NCBI GenBank assembly: GCA_001871475.1
Contig: MNVE01000009.1
Location: forward strand, 85,120 to 149,119
Origin: Candidatus Micrarchaeota archaeon CG1_02_47_40
GTDB taxonomy: Archaea > Micrarchaeota > Micrarchaeia > Anstonellales > CG1-02-47-40
Reading direction: 5' to 3'
Length of the DNA: 64,000 nt
In this document: one piece after another, positions 1-9,200 of the stretch
How the letters are laid out: each line of letters begins with the position of its first letter
Numbering within the stretch: the stretch's first letter is position 1
The notes under the pieces: model-generated
What the model saw: the letters and a program-made list of their open reading frames with translations, nothing else
What the model was told of the DNA's origin: nothing
Databases searched by the model: none
Made by a program: the position numbers and the translations under genes

Positions 1-426
1 GATATAGCCGAATGAATGGCGCAGTCCATGCTCCGTGCAAAAGGAGGAAACGGAAAAATCGTCTGTTTCAAATATCTTTTCCTCTCCGGTAATCTCCTTT
101 ATTTCTGCCCTTCCGGCTTCCTTTGCAAAGGGCGAAATAAGCGCAGATGTTCCGGGGGGCCCGAATATCTTCAGCCCTGCCCTCTTCTTCAGCTTCAGGG
201 TTTCCAATAAGCCAAACAGCCCAATCACATGGTCAAGGTGAAGATGGGTGAGAAAGACTGCTTTTACTTTTTCATAGCTGACGTTGAATCTCATCATCTG
301 TCGCTGGGTTCCTTCCCCGCAGTCAAACAAATAGACGCTTCCGTCCCTCTGCATGGCTATTGCAGGCAGGCTCCGCTCGGAAGATGGCACTGCCCCGCTT
401 GTTCCCAAAAATACGATGCGAAACAT
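1..426 (-). CDS. rnz: Ribonuclease Z (tRNA 3' endonuclease), N-terminal 142 aa; gene runs off the left edge
   Basis: Own minus-strand translation from ATG at 426: MFRIVFLGTSGAVPSSERSLPAIAMQRDGSVYLFDCGEGTQRQ...AVFLTHLHLDHVIGLFGLL. It has the metallo-beta-lactamase HxHxDH motif and an RNase Z-type N-terminus. It is absent from the ORF track because there is no stop inside the window. Confidence 0.75.
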   Translation of the reverse strand, partial: MFRIVFLGTSGAVPSSERSLPAIAMQRDGSVYLFDCGEGTQRQMMRFNVSYEKVKAVFLTHLHLDHVIGLFGLLETLKLKKRAGLKIFGPPGTSALISPFAKEAGRAEIKEITGEEKIFETDDFSVSSFCTEHGLRHSFGYI

Positions 427-462
427 AAGGGAGATAGGGAAAACAGTGCTTTTAAATTTGCT

Positions 463-747
463 TCACCAAACCTGCCTTCCCAAATATCTTTCAATTATAT
501 CAAAAATGTCCTTTTTTCTATGGGGGTTGAGGGAAATGTGAATCTGCCCTGTCTTTTTCAGCCACGTGATTAAATCCGCGTCTGCCAATTCCCTTGCAAT
601 TGCTTCTGCCTGGGATTGAAATTCGCGGGGAAGGGCGCTTCTAACGTTTATTAATTCGGTGTGCTTTCCTCCCCATCGCCGATGGCGGGAGAGTTTGTAA
701 AGGATGTGCGCCTTTATCTGCGCACTGCTGGGTTTTAGAGCTTCCAT
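463..747 (-). CDS. Small hypothetical protein (94 aa), possibly a winged-helix DNA binder
   Basis: Protein-like ORF directly upstream of and co-directional with rnz. Basic N-terminus (KLSRHRRWGGKHTEL). No recognisable catalytic motif. Confidence 0.45.
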   Translation of the reverse strand: MEALKPSSAQIKAHILYKLSRHRRWGGKHTELINVRSALPREFQSQAEAIARELADADLITWLKKTGQIHISLNPHRKKDIFDIIERYLGRQVW

Positions 748-766
748 TATATCAATGAGATGAATA

Positions 767-1159
767 TTGACAGTTAAATATTTAAATGTTGATGTTTATA
801 ATTCCAAACATATGGAAAACAATTCCCTGTTTTTGGATTTCTTCGGAGATTCGCCCATGTTTAAGGTAATAGACTTCCTGCTTGAGCACCGCCTGGAGGA
901 TTTCACGAAAACGGATATTGCAAAGGGGGCAGGGATAAGCTGGGCAAGCCTTTTCAACTACTGGGGTGAAATTGAGAAATACAGAATTGTGAAGCTGGTG
1001 CGCACGGTCGGGAGGGCGAAACTTTATCAGCTGAACGAGAGTGAGCCGCTCGTGAAATCCCTTAAAGCGTTTGAAATGCAGCTTATGAAGAGTGCGGCAG
1101 ATGAGGAAGAGATGAAAAACGTAGTAAGAACGAGAAGGGCGGCAACATCCTCAATATAA
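767..1159 (+). CDS. Winged helix-turn-helix transcriptional regulator; likely real start at the internal Met, position 812
   Basis: FKVIDFLLEHRLEDFTKTDIAKGAGISWASLFNYWGEIEKYRIVKLVRTVGRAKLYQL is a typical archaeal wHTH layout (HTH plus wing). Confidence 0.6.
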   Translation: MTVKYLNVDVYNSKHMENNSLFLDFFGDSPMFKVIDFLLEHRLEDFTKTDIAKGAGISWASLFNYWGEIEKYRIVKLVRTVGRAKLYQLNESEPLVKSLKAFEMQLMKSAADEEEMKNVVRTRRAATSSI

Positions 1160-1198
1160 ATCTTTTCTTTTAATTATAGACTTGTTAGAGGTGATTTT

Positions 1199-2242
1199 GT
1201 GGTGGAATTTGCACTTTTTTCAAAATTAAGCGAAGTGTTCGGGGTTCCGGGAAGGGAGGACGGAATACAGGAGCTTATGCTTTCCGAGTTTAAGAAAATC
1301 GGCTTGAAGGCGGAAACGGACAGGATGGGGAATGTGATTGCGAAGGGAAAGGGCGCGAGGAAAAACCCGCTTGTTTTGGCTGCGCACATGGATGAGATAG
1401 GGATGATGGTGAAATACATTACGGAAAAGGGCTTCTTGAAATTCATAAAAGTTGGCGGGATTGACAACCGGACTCTCCTGAATCAGAGAGTGGTTGTGCA
1501 GACGAAAAACGGCAATATTTACGGGGTAATCGGCTCAAAGCCGCCCCACCTGATGAAGGACGAGGAGATGAAGAACGCGATCGACAAGAAAAACCTGTTC
1601 ATTGACATCGGCGCGAAGAATAGAAAGGACGCGGAAAAGCTGGGCGTGCAGGTCGGAGATGCGGTCTGTTTTGACATGAAGATGCAGAAGCTGGCGAATG
1701 GGATAGTTACGGGAAAGGCAATTGATGACAGGGTTGGCTGCTACATACTGCTGGAAGCTGCAAAAATGCTCAAGGATAAGAATGTCGTGTTCGTGGGGAC
1801 TGTGCAGGAGGAGGTTTCCACTTTCGGGAAGGGGGCGCAGGTGTCTGCATATTCCCTTGAGCCTTCGGCATTCATCGCGATAGACACTGCGATTGCAGGC
1901 GACCACCCGGAAGTTGGGGAGGAAGAAGCGCCTCTGAAATTAGGGGCAGGACCGGCAATTACGGCAGTAGAGGCATCTGGCAGGGGCAATGTTGCCGACA
2001 GGCTATTGCTGAAAGAGGTAATGGAAACCGCAAAAAAAGCGAAAGTGAAATACCAGCTTGAAGTGATAGAAGGGGGCGCGACTGATGCGGCTTCTGTTTA
2101 TAATGTGCGGGGAGGCATTCCTTCAGTCGCTTTATGCGTTCCCACGAGATACATACACTCAAATGTGCAGGTGTGCGCTTTGTCTGATGTGGAGAAGACG
2201 CTGGAATTGGTAGTGGAGATAGGGAAGAAGGGAGTAAGGTAG
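1199..2242 (+). CDS. M42 family (TET/FrvX-like) aminopeptidase
   Basis: LSEVFGVPGREDGIQELM...DRMGNVIAKGKG...VLAAHMDEIGMMVKYITEKGFLKF..GGID...GKAIDDRVGC...VQEEV matches the M42 metal-ligand pattern. GTG start. Confidence 0.85.
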   Translation: MVEFALFSKLSEVFGVPGREDGIQELMLSEFKKIGLKAETDRMGNVIAKGKGARKNPLVLAAHMDEIGMMVKYITEKGFLKFIKVGGIDNRTLLNQRVVVQTKNGNIYGVIGSKPPHLMKDEEMKNAIDKKNLFIDIGAKNRKDAEKLGVQVGDAVCFDMKMQKLANGIVTGKAIDDRVGCYILLEAAKMLKDKNVVFVGTVQEEVSTFGKGAQVSAYSLEPSAFIAIDTAIAGDHPEVGEEEAPLKLGAGPAITAVEASGRGNVADRLLLKEVMETAKKAKVKYQLEVIEGGATDAASVYNVRGGIPSVALCVPTRYIHSNVQVCALSDVEKTLELVVEIGKKGVR

Positions 2243-2996
2243 AAGGAGTTTTTACCCTGTTTGCGGAAGGAGAATCCCTTGGCTGGGAAATTCCGAACTC
2301 CTCAAATTTTTCCGGGCGGTTCCGAATGACGCATCTCATTCTTGAAAGCGCCTTTTCTATTATCGGTTTTATCCTCTCCTTTGGAAGGCTGTAGCGTTCT
2401 CCTATTTCCTCATAAGTCAGAGAATGTGTTTGCCCTATCCCAAAATATAATGTGACGATTTCCCTTTCTCTTTCTGAAAGCGCCAGCATCTTGCCAAGCT
2501 TGATTTGCACAACCTCTTTTCTCTCGCCAAGAAGGAGATTGAAATCAGGCGAATCGGTTTCGTAGGCAGGCACAGCGATTGCGTTTTTGCCTCCTGGATC
2601 GTTTCCTTGAAGTTCCGCTAATCCCTCTTGCATACTCTGTTTAATCCAATTCACCGCGTATGTTATGAATTTGGTTCCTGACGTTTCATCAAACCTTCGT
2701 GCGGCTTTTTGCAGCCCAAGGTAAGCCTGAGCAAACAAATCCCATACGAACTCTGGATTCCCTGAAGCAAACGCTTTTTTGTATGTTATGTCCGCTGCAA
2801 AGCGCAGGTTGTGCAGAACCAACGGCTGAAGATTGCCTCTCCTTGCGCTTATGGCTGCTTCTTTCTCCTGTTCGAGGGTTAGAATAGAGTATGTTTTATC
2901 TCTCATAAGCTTCCGTCGAAAGGTGAGAAAGCGATTGAGTTGCGTCTGCTCCCCTTTGCTAAATGCCGCAAAGTCAACGAGTTGCCCCTTCTTCAT
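1959..2996 (-). CDS. Bacterial-type sigma-70 family protein (regions 2 and 4); its 3' tail overlaps the convergent M42 gene by 284 nt
   Basis: Region 2: DLFAQAYLGLQKAARRFDETSGTKFITYAVNWIKQSM. Region 4: LSEREREIVTLYFGIGQTHSLTYEEIGERYSLPKERIKPIIEKALSRMR. The last ~95 aa are low-complexity and antisense to the M42 gene. Confidence 0.7.
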   Translation of the reverse strand: MKKGQLVDFAAFSKGEQTQLNRFLTFRRKLMRDKTYSILTLEQEKEAAISARRGNLQPLVLHNLRFAADITYKKAFASGNPEFVWDLFAQAYLGLQKAARRFDETSGTKFITYAVNWIKQSMQEGLAELQGNDPGGKNAIAVPAYETDSPDFNLLLGERKEVVQIKLGKMLALSEREREIVTLYFGIGQTHSLTYEEIGERYSLPKERIKPIIEKALSRMRCVIRNRPEKFEEFGISQPRDSPSANRVKTPSTLLPSSLSPLPIPASSPHQTKRTPAHLSVCISWERIKRLKECLPAHYKQKPHQSRPLLSLQAGISLSLFLRFPLPLSAIACRQHCPCQMPLLP

Positions 2997-3070
2997 GCTT
3001 TGTAGAGATTGAACGGATGTTGCCCTACCTTATATTAAGTGGGAAAAGATTAATAAAGAAGCTGGTTATT

Positions 3071-3275
3071 CGCCTAAACCTGCCCCGCTCTTCTTGAGAA
3101 TCTTCGCCTAACCTAAATCTTTTTCTGCATCTCCCTCTAACTTATATCTTCAGCATCTTCCCTAAATCGTCTTCAGCATTTCCCCCTAACCTAAATCTTC
3201 TTTTGCATCTCTTCCTAATCTAAATCTTCTTCACCATCTCTCCCAAACCTACAGCTTCTTCAGCATTTCCCCTAC
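3071..3275 (-). repeat. About 6 degenerate tandem copies (24-34 bp) of the giant gene's last ~27 nt, each retaining ATG..stop
   Basis: The gene ends GGG GAA ATG CTG AAG AAG CTG TAG (GEMLKKL*). Downstream minus-strand copies read MVKKI* (3220-3237), MQKKI* (3191-3208), MLKTI* (3162-3179), MLKI* (3142-3156) and MQKKI* (3113-3130). One further decayed copy lies at about 3071-3104. Confidence 0.8.
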
Positions 3276-6200
3276 CTTCTTCTCAAGGGATTCCAAGTAG
3301 ATTTCCACAACCTCAAAGCTTCCCTTATTCAGTTTGTCCCGCGCAAGCTTAAGCTCAAGCTCAACGTCAAACACGTCCACTTCCTTTGCCTTTAACTTTT
3401 CCATCCCTTCTATTACTTTCATTATCCTTTCATTATACAGATGGTATTTCTCAAGCGCCTTATCTGAAAGCCTAACAATAGAGTGCAAAAGCGGCCTAAA
3501 AAGCACGAAATACGGGTTCCCCCTGTTGAATTCGGCATTCTGCAGCATCCCCACACCGACAGGCGCCTTCACTATGTACTTTAGTATCTCCTCCCCGTAT
3601 TTCATCTTTATCCTGTTCAAATCCTCCTCGTATTTGGTGCGAAGCTGGACTTCGGTTGAGATGTTTGTTTTTATCTCCCCCACGAAATCGGAGAGCACCT
3701 GCGAAACAAGGAGCATCCCCACCCCCCATTTGCGGAATTCACGCACGGAGCGCTCTATGTTCTTGAAGCCCGCCCCCGTTCCTCCGAATTTCGGCAAGAG
3801 GCGGTGCACTTCATCGAATACAATCAGTAGGCGCAATTCCTTTGACTCCTCAAGGTTAAGCGCAAACACTTCTTCTATCGTATTTGCGACTATCGTCTCT
3901 ATGTCCACTGATTTGAAGTTGTTGAGCGCGAATATCGTTATCTCCCCGGGCTTCATGAGCTCCTTTATGTTTATCTTGCGGTTGGGGTCCTTTACTATGA
4001 ACACGTTGCCCGGAAACGCGCACGCGTCCGAGGCATTCATGCCAAAGTCCTTGTACAATGACAGCATCTCCTTTACGCTGTTTTTGCGCAAAAAGCCGGT
4101 CCACTGCGCTGTCGGGTCAAACACCACAACAGATATTTTCTTTTTGAGGACCTCTTCCACTATATCCTGCGCAGCAACGGTTTTTCCGCTTCCTGAAGCG
4201 CCTGCCACAAGCGCGTGCATTACCAATTTGTCAACCGGGAAGGCGGCGCGCACGTTTGTTTCAGCCACTTTTCCCAAAAAGGCAGCCCTCTCGTCAAATT
4301 TGGGCAGTTTTGAGAAGTCAATTTTCACAAGGAAGCGCTTCTTCTCCTTCTCCATCCTCTTCCACATCGCGTACCCCCCTGCCGCAAGCACGACTGCAAA
4401 GAGAAATACGAAAAGCGGAGTCAGGGAGCGGCGCACGTCTATGGTGGAAATGGAGGTTGCTTCTCTTGAAAGCCCGCTTGAAACCGGGTAAGTTGCAACC
4501 GCGCGCAGCACGTATTTCCCTTCAGGAGTGTCTGCAGGCACGTCCATTGTCTTTATGCTTGAGAGTGATGTTTCAATCGCAAGCGCCTCCTCAAGCTCCG
4601 CGACTATTTTCTCGTTCTCCTGCTGGATAAGCTGCACTTTGAGCTGTGCGTCCACCCTGCGCGCCTCCCCTAAATTATAAATGTTTGTTTCTATGCGGAT
4701 TTTCCCGCCGGGCTCAACCGTGCTGTCAATTGGCTGTATCTTCAGGTCAAGAAGCCTGTCCTTTAGCTGGAGCACGCGCAGGTTGAAGGGAACCTGTATC
4801 CTTCCGCCTGCTTCGTTTTCAAACTCTATTGAGCCGTAATAAACGCCCGGCTTTGTGTCGGCAGGCAGTGAAACAAAAAGAGCCACTTCGCTTTCCGCAT
4901 ACGGCTCAAGCGTTATCGAGCTCTGCTCGGAATAAACATAGGATTTTATGTTGCCTGCCGTTTGTATGCTGATTGTGGAGGTTTCGCCAAGCGTGTTCTT
5001 TATTGTGGTGGAGGTAGTTGTTTCCTCTCCAGGGTAGAGCTCAAAGTAGATGCTGTTTGTCATCGTCTCCATTCCCTCCGTGGAAATGTTCGCGCCGGAG
5101 CGCATCTTTTCCGATAGGTTCTCGTACATCTCCTGCAGAAGCGAGAGCTGTTGGTTGAATTCCTCCGAGTCTGGCTGCATTCCCTGCAGTTCGTCTATCT
5201 TGTCCTGTATCTCCTGCAGCTGCGCCTCGCTTGCGCCCTCCACGTTGGTGGTGGAATAAGAAGATGAGCCGCCGCTGCTTCCGCCGGTTGTCACGCTTAC
5301 CGTCTGTGTTGTCACCGGACAGTCCGCAGGGCAGTTTGCGCTTCCCTCCCCGTATGCGGAGTGGCAAACCCCGTCCCCGCAGATGTATTCCGCGGCAGCG
5401 TAGGCGGAGAAGCTGGAAATGTTCGCGGTGATTTTGTGGTTCAGCCTATCCACGGAAACCGAAGTCAGCCTTTCCCAGCCGGAAGTGCAAAGGCGGGTGG
5501 CAAAATCCCAGGTGGAGCACTTGTAAAGCCCCACATTTGACTCGGAGGCATAGGAGGTGCCGGAATAATCCATTGTGATGCTGCCGCCAGTGTAGTTGGT
5601 TGAAATGTTTGTCAGCGTTACTGCGGTCAGCGCCCCCCCTCCCACGTAATTCGGAGTCAGGCTGTCAATGCTGAAGAGGCTTGAAACGTTCTGCGACATG
5701 TTCACGCCGGTTAATGTGATGCTCTGCCCGAATGCCTTTATCTGCAAATTCACTATGTTCGTGGCATTCACGGACTGGTTGAAAATGCCGGAAGTGTTGA
5801 ACACGAACATCACGTTGGAGGCATTGTCAAGTATCCATATCTCCACCGTGGGCGTGCTGCCGTTTGCGCTTGTGAAGTTGCCGGCAATGTAAGCCCCCTG
5901 CATGACGTTGAAGGTGGAGGAGTTCGTCCCGTTCAAGCCGGAGGTGTCGTTTGCCCATGCACGAATGGTGTACATGCCATATTCGGCGTCGATTGTGGCA
6001 AAACTGTTGGTGTAATAGGGAGCAGAGTAGGTTAGAGTAAGATTGTCAACCGTTCCGTTGGGATGGGTAAGGTTGGCGGTTATGCCTGAAACACCGGCAT
6101 TGTCGCTTGGGAGAAGGGAAATTGCGACCACTGCGCCCTTGTAAGCTGACGCGGCGCTTATTATTATTGAGGGCGGCGTGGTATCGGTGTAGATGACTGC

Positions 6201-9200
6201 GCCGGCTTCGGTGTCCGCGCCGCCATAGCCTCCATACTGCGCCTCAACCACTATGCTGTTGTTAAGGGTAGTTATATCCGGGGCGAGGCATGAAATCAGC
6301 CATGCGGAGGTTGAATATGAATAGGATGGAGAAGTGCAGTCCGCTCCGCCTACTGCCGCACTCCAGGTTGCCCCGCTTGTCAGTTCGGCTCCCTCAAGAT
6401 AGGCATTTGCGCTTATGTTGAGGGTTGCGCCGGGAATTATTTCTGCTGCGGGCAAAGACGAGTTTGGAGAGGAAACCAGCACGGTCATGTTGATTACGCG
6501 CAGGGTTGCATTAAGGGTCAGCGAAGCGGGGGAGGCGGATGCGTTTGCAATGGTTATGCCGACAGTCATGTTCCCCGGAGCGGTCGCGTTTGAGTATATC
6601 CTTATGGTATGGGAGGTGGAGTTTTTGGGAATCTGGATATCTGTTTCATTTGCATACGCGCTTGTATCGTTTGTGGAGGAATTCAGGCGCAGGTTAACGT
6701 TCCCGTTGTTGTATATTCTTGCGTAGCCTATTGTGGTTTCGCCGGTGCCGACCGTTGCGTTGAAGAATGTCTGGTTTATGCTCCAGCTTGCGTTGGTCGG
6801 CACAGTAACCTGCAATTGCGCCGTCTTGTTTGAGATGCCGTCCCCGTATGCGATTATGTTCGCAAGGTATGTGCCTGGCGCATGGGCATAAGGTATGGAC
6901 ACGTTTATATTGACAGTTTCAATGCCTCCTTGTGCAATTGAGGCGATATATGCGGGCGCCATCGCCGTATCCGCCATCTCGCATATCGTGCCCGAGGAGC
7001 ACACGGCATAGATGTTAAGCGCGGTTCCGGTCCCGCTTGAGGTTATGGTGAAGTTTGTCCTTCCGGTCGCGTTGTGCTGGACGGACAGGGAGTCTATGCT
7101 GGACAGGGAGATGTCCGGCTGTCCGCTCGTCGTGACGGTTTCCCCAAGCATATACGCCGTTTCCCCGTCCGTGTCGGAGAACTGCGAAACGTTCGCATAC
7201 ACTCTGTCATAGACCTTGTCCACTACCGTGGTAAGCATGCCCCACGTGCCAGAGCAGGTTTTGGTTGAGAAATTCCATCCGGCGCACTTGTACATCTTTA
7301 TGTATTCTTCCGCTCCGGAAAGCTCTCCGCTGTCAAATGAGATGGATATTGCCGCGCCCCCGGTGAAGTTGGTGCGCACCCCTATGCCGTTCACCCCGTT
7401 CACCAGGCTGGATTCCCATTTGCCTATCCTGTCAAAGTCAAGCGAATCCGAGTAGGAGGAAAGCTCTATTTCCTGCAGGGTTATGTTCATGCTCATCTGC
7501 GAGGAGAAGACAACCGCGTCGTAGGTGCGCGAGTGTATGACGGCGCTGTATGCCCCGTTTGAATTTGTTGAGAAATTCTGCAGAACCTGCGAGGTGGCGG
7601 GGCGGTAGAGAGTGAAGCCCGCTGACACGGGCTGGCTGGATGAGTTCTTTATGTCGCCTGCGAAGCCTGCGTCCGTCCATATCTCAAAGTAGCCGGAGGA
7701 GGTGTTGGAATTGCCCTGCGCATCGGAAATCCAGTAATAAACATCATAATCGCCGACTGACAGCCCGCTCATGTTGAATTCATATGTGTAATTGTAGGAG
7801 TGATTTACGGTTATGTTCTGCGAAAGCACGTATGCCTTTACAGTGCTGACATTGACGTTGTCGCTTGCATTAATCTGGAAGAACGCGCTTGTCCCTGAAA
7901 TGTTTATCCTGCTGGCTAAAAACGCCGGCAGTGTGATGTCCAGGTAATGCAGGGAGGATTGCGTGGTGTTTGTTATGAGTATGTCCATTGTGCTGTAATT
8001 TGCGATAACTGTCAGGTTGTGCCACTGCCCGTCGTTTGCGCTTGGGGCGGTGCAGTTTATCTGCCAGAGGTTCTGCCCTGAAAAGTTCGCGTATGCGGAC
8101 ACGGGGCAGCTCGTTCCATTTACCTGCACGCTGAAGGTTGCGTTCTCGTTTACGTAGTCGTCCCCCGCAAGTATGGTGGCGTTTATGTATATCGTGTCTC
8201 CTGCGCTTATATTGACCTGCTTTACAGTTGAATTCGGACTTATGTTCATTGAGCCTACGAAAACCCGATAATCTATCGGAATTGTGTAGTTGAGGGTGGC
8301 GCCCTCGTGGGTTTCGTTTAATGTCAGATTGCCGTAGTAGCTTGCCGGCTCGCCTGGAAGGGAGTAAGTGATGTTCAGGGTGTAGTTGGTGCCTGCCAGG
8401 ACAGTCTGGCTTGCGTCTTCAAGAACGAATATGCCCGTAGCGTTCCCGCTTAAGTTGAAGAGGAATGCCAGATTTTCATTTCCGTTGTTGCTTATTGTCG
8501 TGGCAAGGGTTCCGGCTGCGTTGATTACGTTTGAGGTGTTTATACTGCTCCTGCTGACCGTCCAGTTGTAATCAGCCAAAACGTTTATTGTTGAGGTGAA
8601 CTGGTGGCTGGCGCCTTCCGTGGAAGTGGCATTGAGGTAGAGGTTGGGGTATGCCCCGGTCGCCTTGCCCGCGGAGGCAGTAAGCGTTACCGTAATCGGT
8701 TTTGCCTGCCCAATCCCAAGCGAGAACAGGGCGCTCTCGTTGAAGGCTACGCTGAATGCGGTGCACTGTGCGCCGGAGCAGGTCAGGTTTATTCCCGAAA
8801 CGTTGCTGATTCCGGTTGAATTCACTATAAGCGTGAAGTTTGAACTGCTTCCCTGCGAGATGTTCGCCGCCGATGGGAACTGCAGGAGCAATTCGGGATT
8901 CCCCTGCACGCTGACAGTTATGTCAGCAGTATAATTGGTAAAGTTGCTCCTGTCGGGATTTGTCCATCTGATATATGGAGTCACATAATATGTGCCGGGC
9001 TCCGTGCCTGCCGGGATTGTGATTGTTATATTCGCATATTGCTTTGAGTTGTTCGTTATGTTTGTGAAATTGCATATTGTGGAGCCCCAGCTGGAATTTG
9101 AGGGAAGTCCGTATCCGGTCGCGTTTATCGCGGTTCCATAGCCGGTGTTGTTTGCGGATATTTCAAAGGAGAAAGTTTTCGGGGAGGATTGGCTCATTCC

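Noticed and set aside
3334-4491. A 385-aa plus-strand ORF, one of many ORFs of 60-140 aa antisense to the giant gene.
   Set aside because: The opposite strand encodes a well-formed Walker A/B ATPase domain. The plus-strand product is low-complexity (S/F/T-rich) with no motifs, which is typical of antisense ORFs in a long gene.
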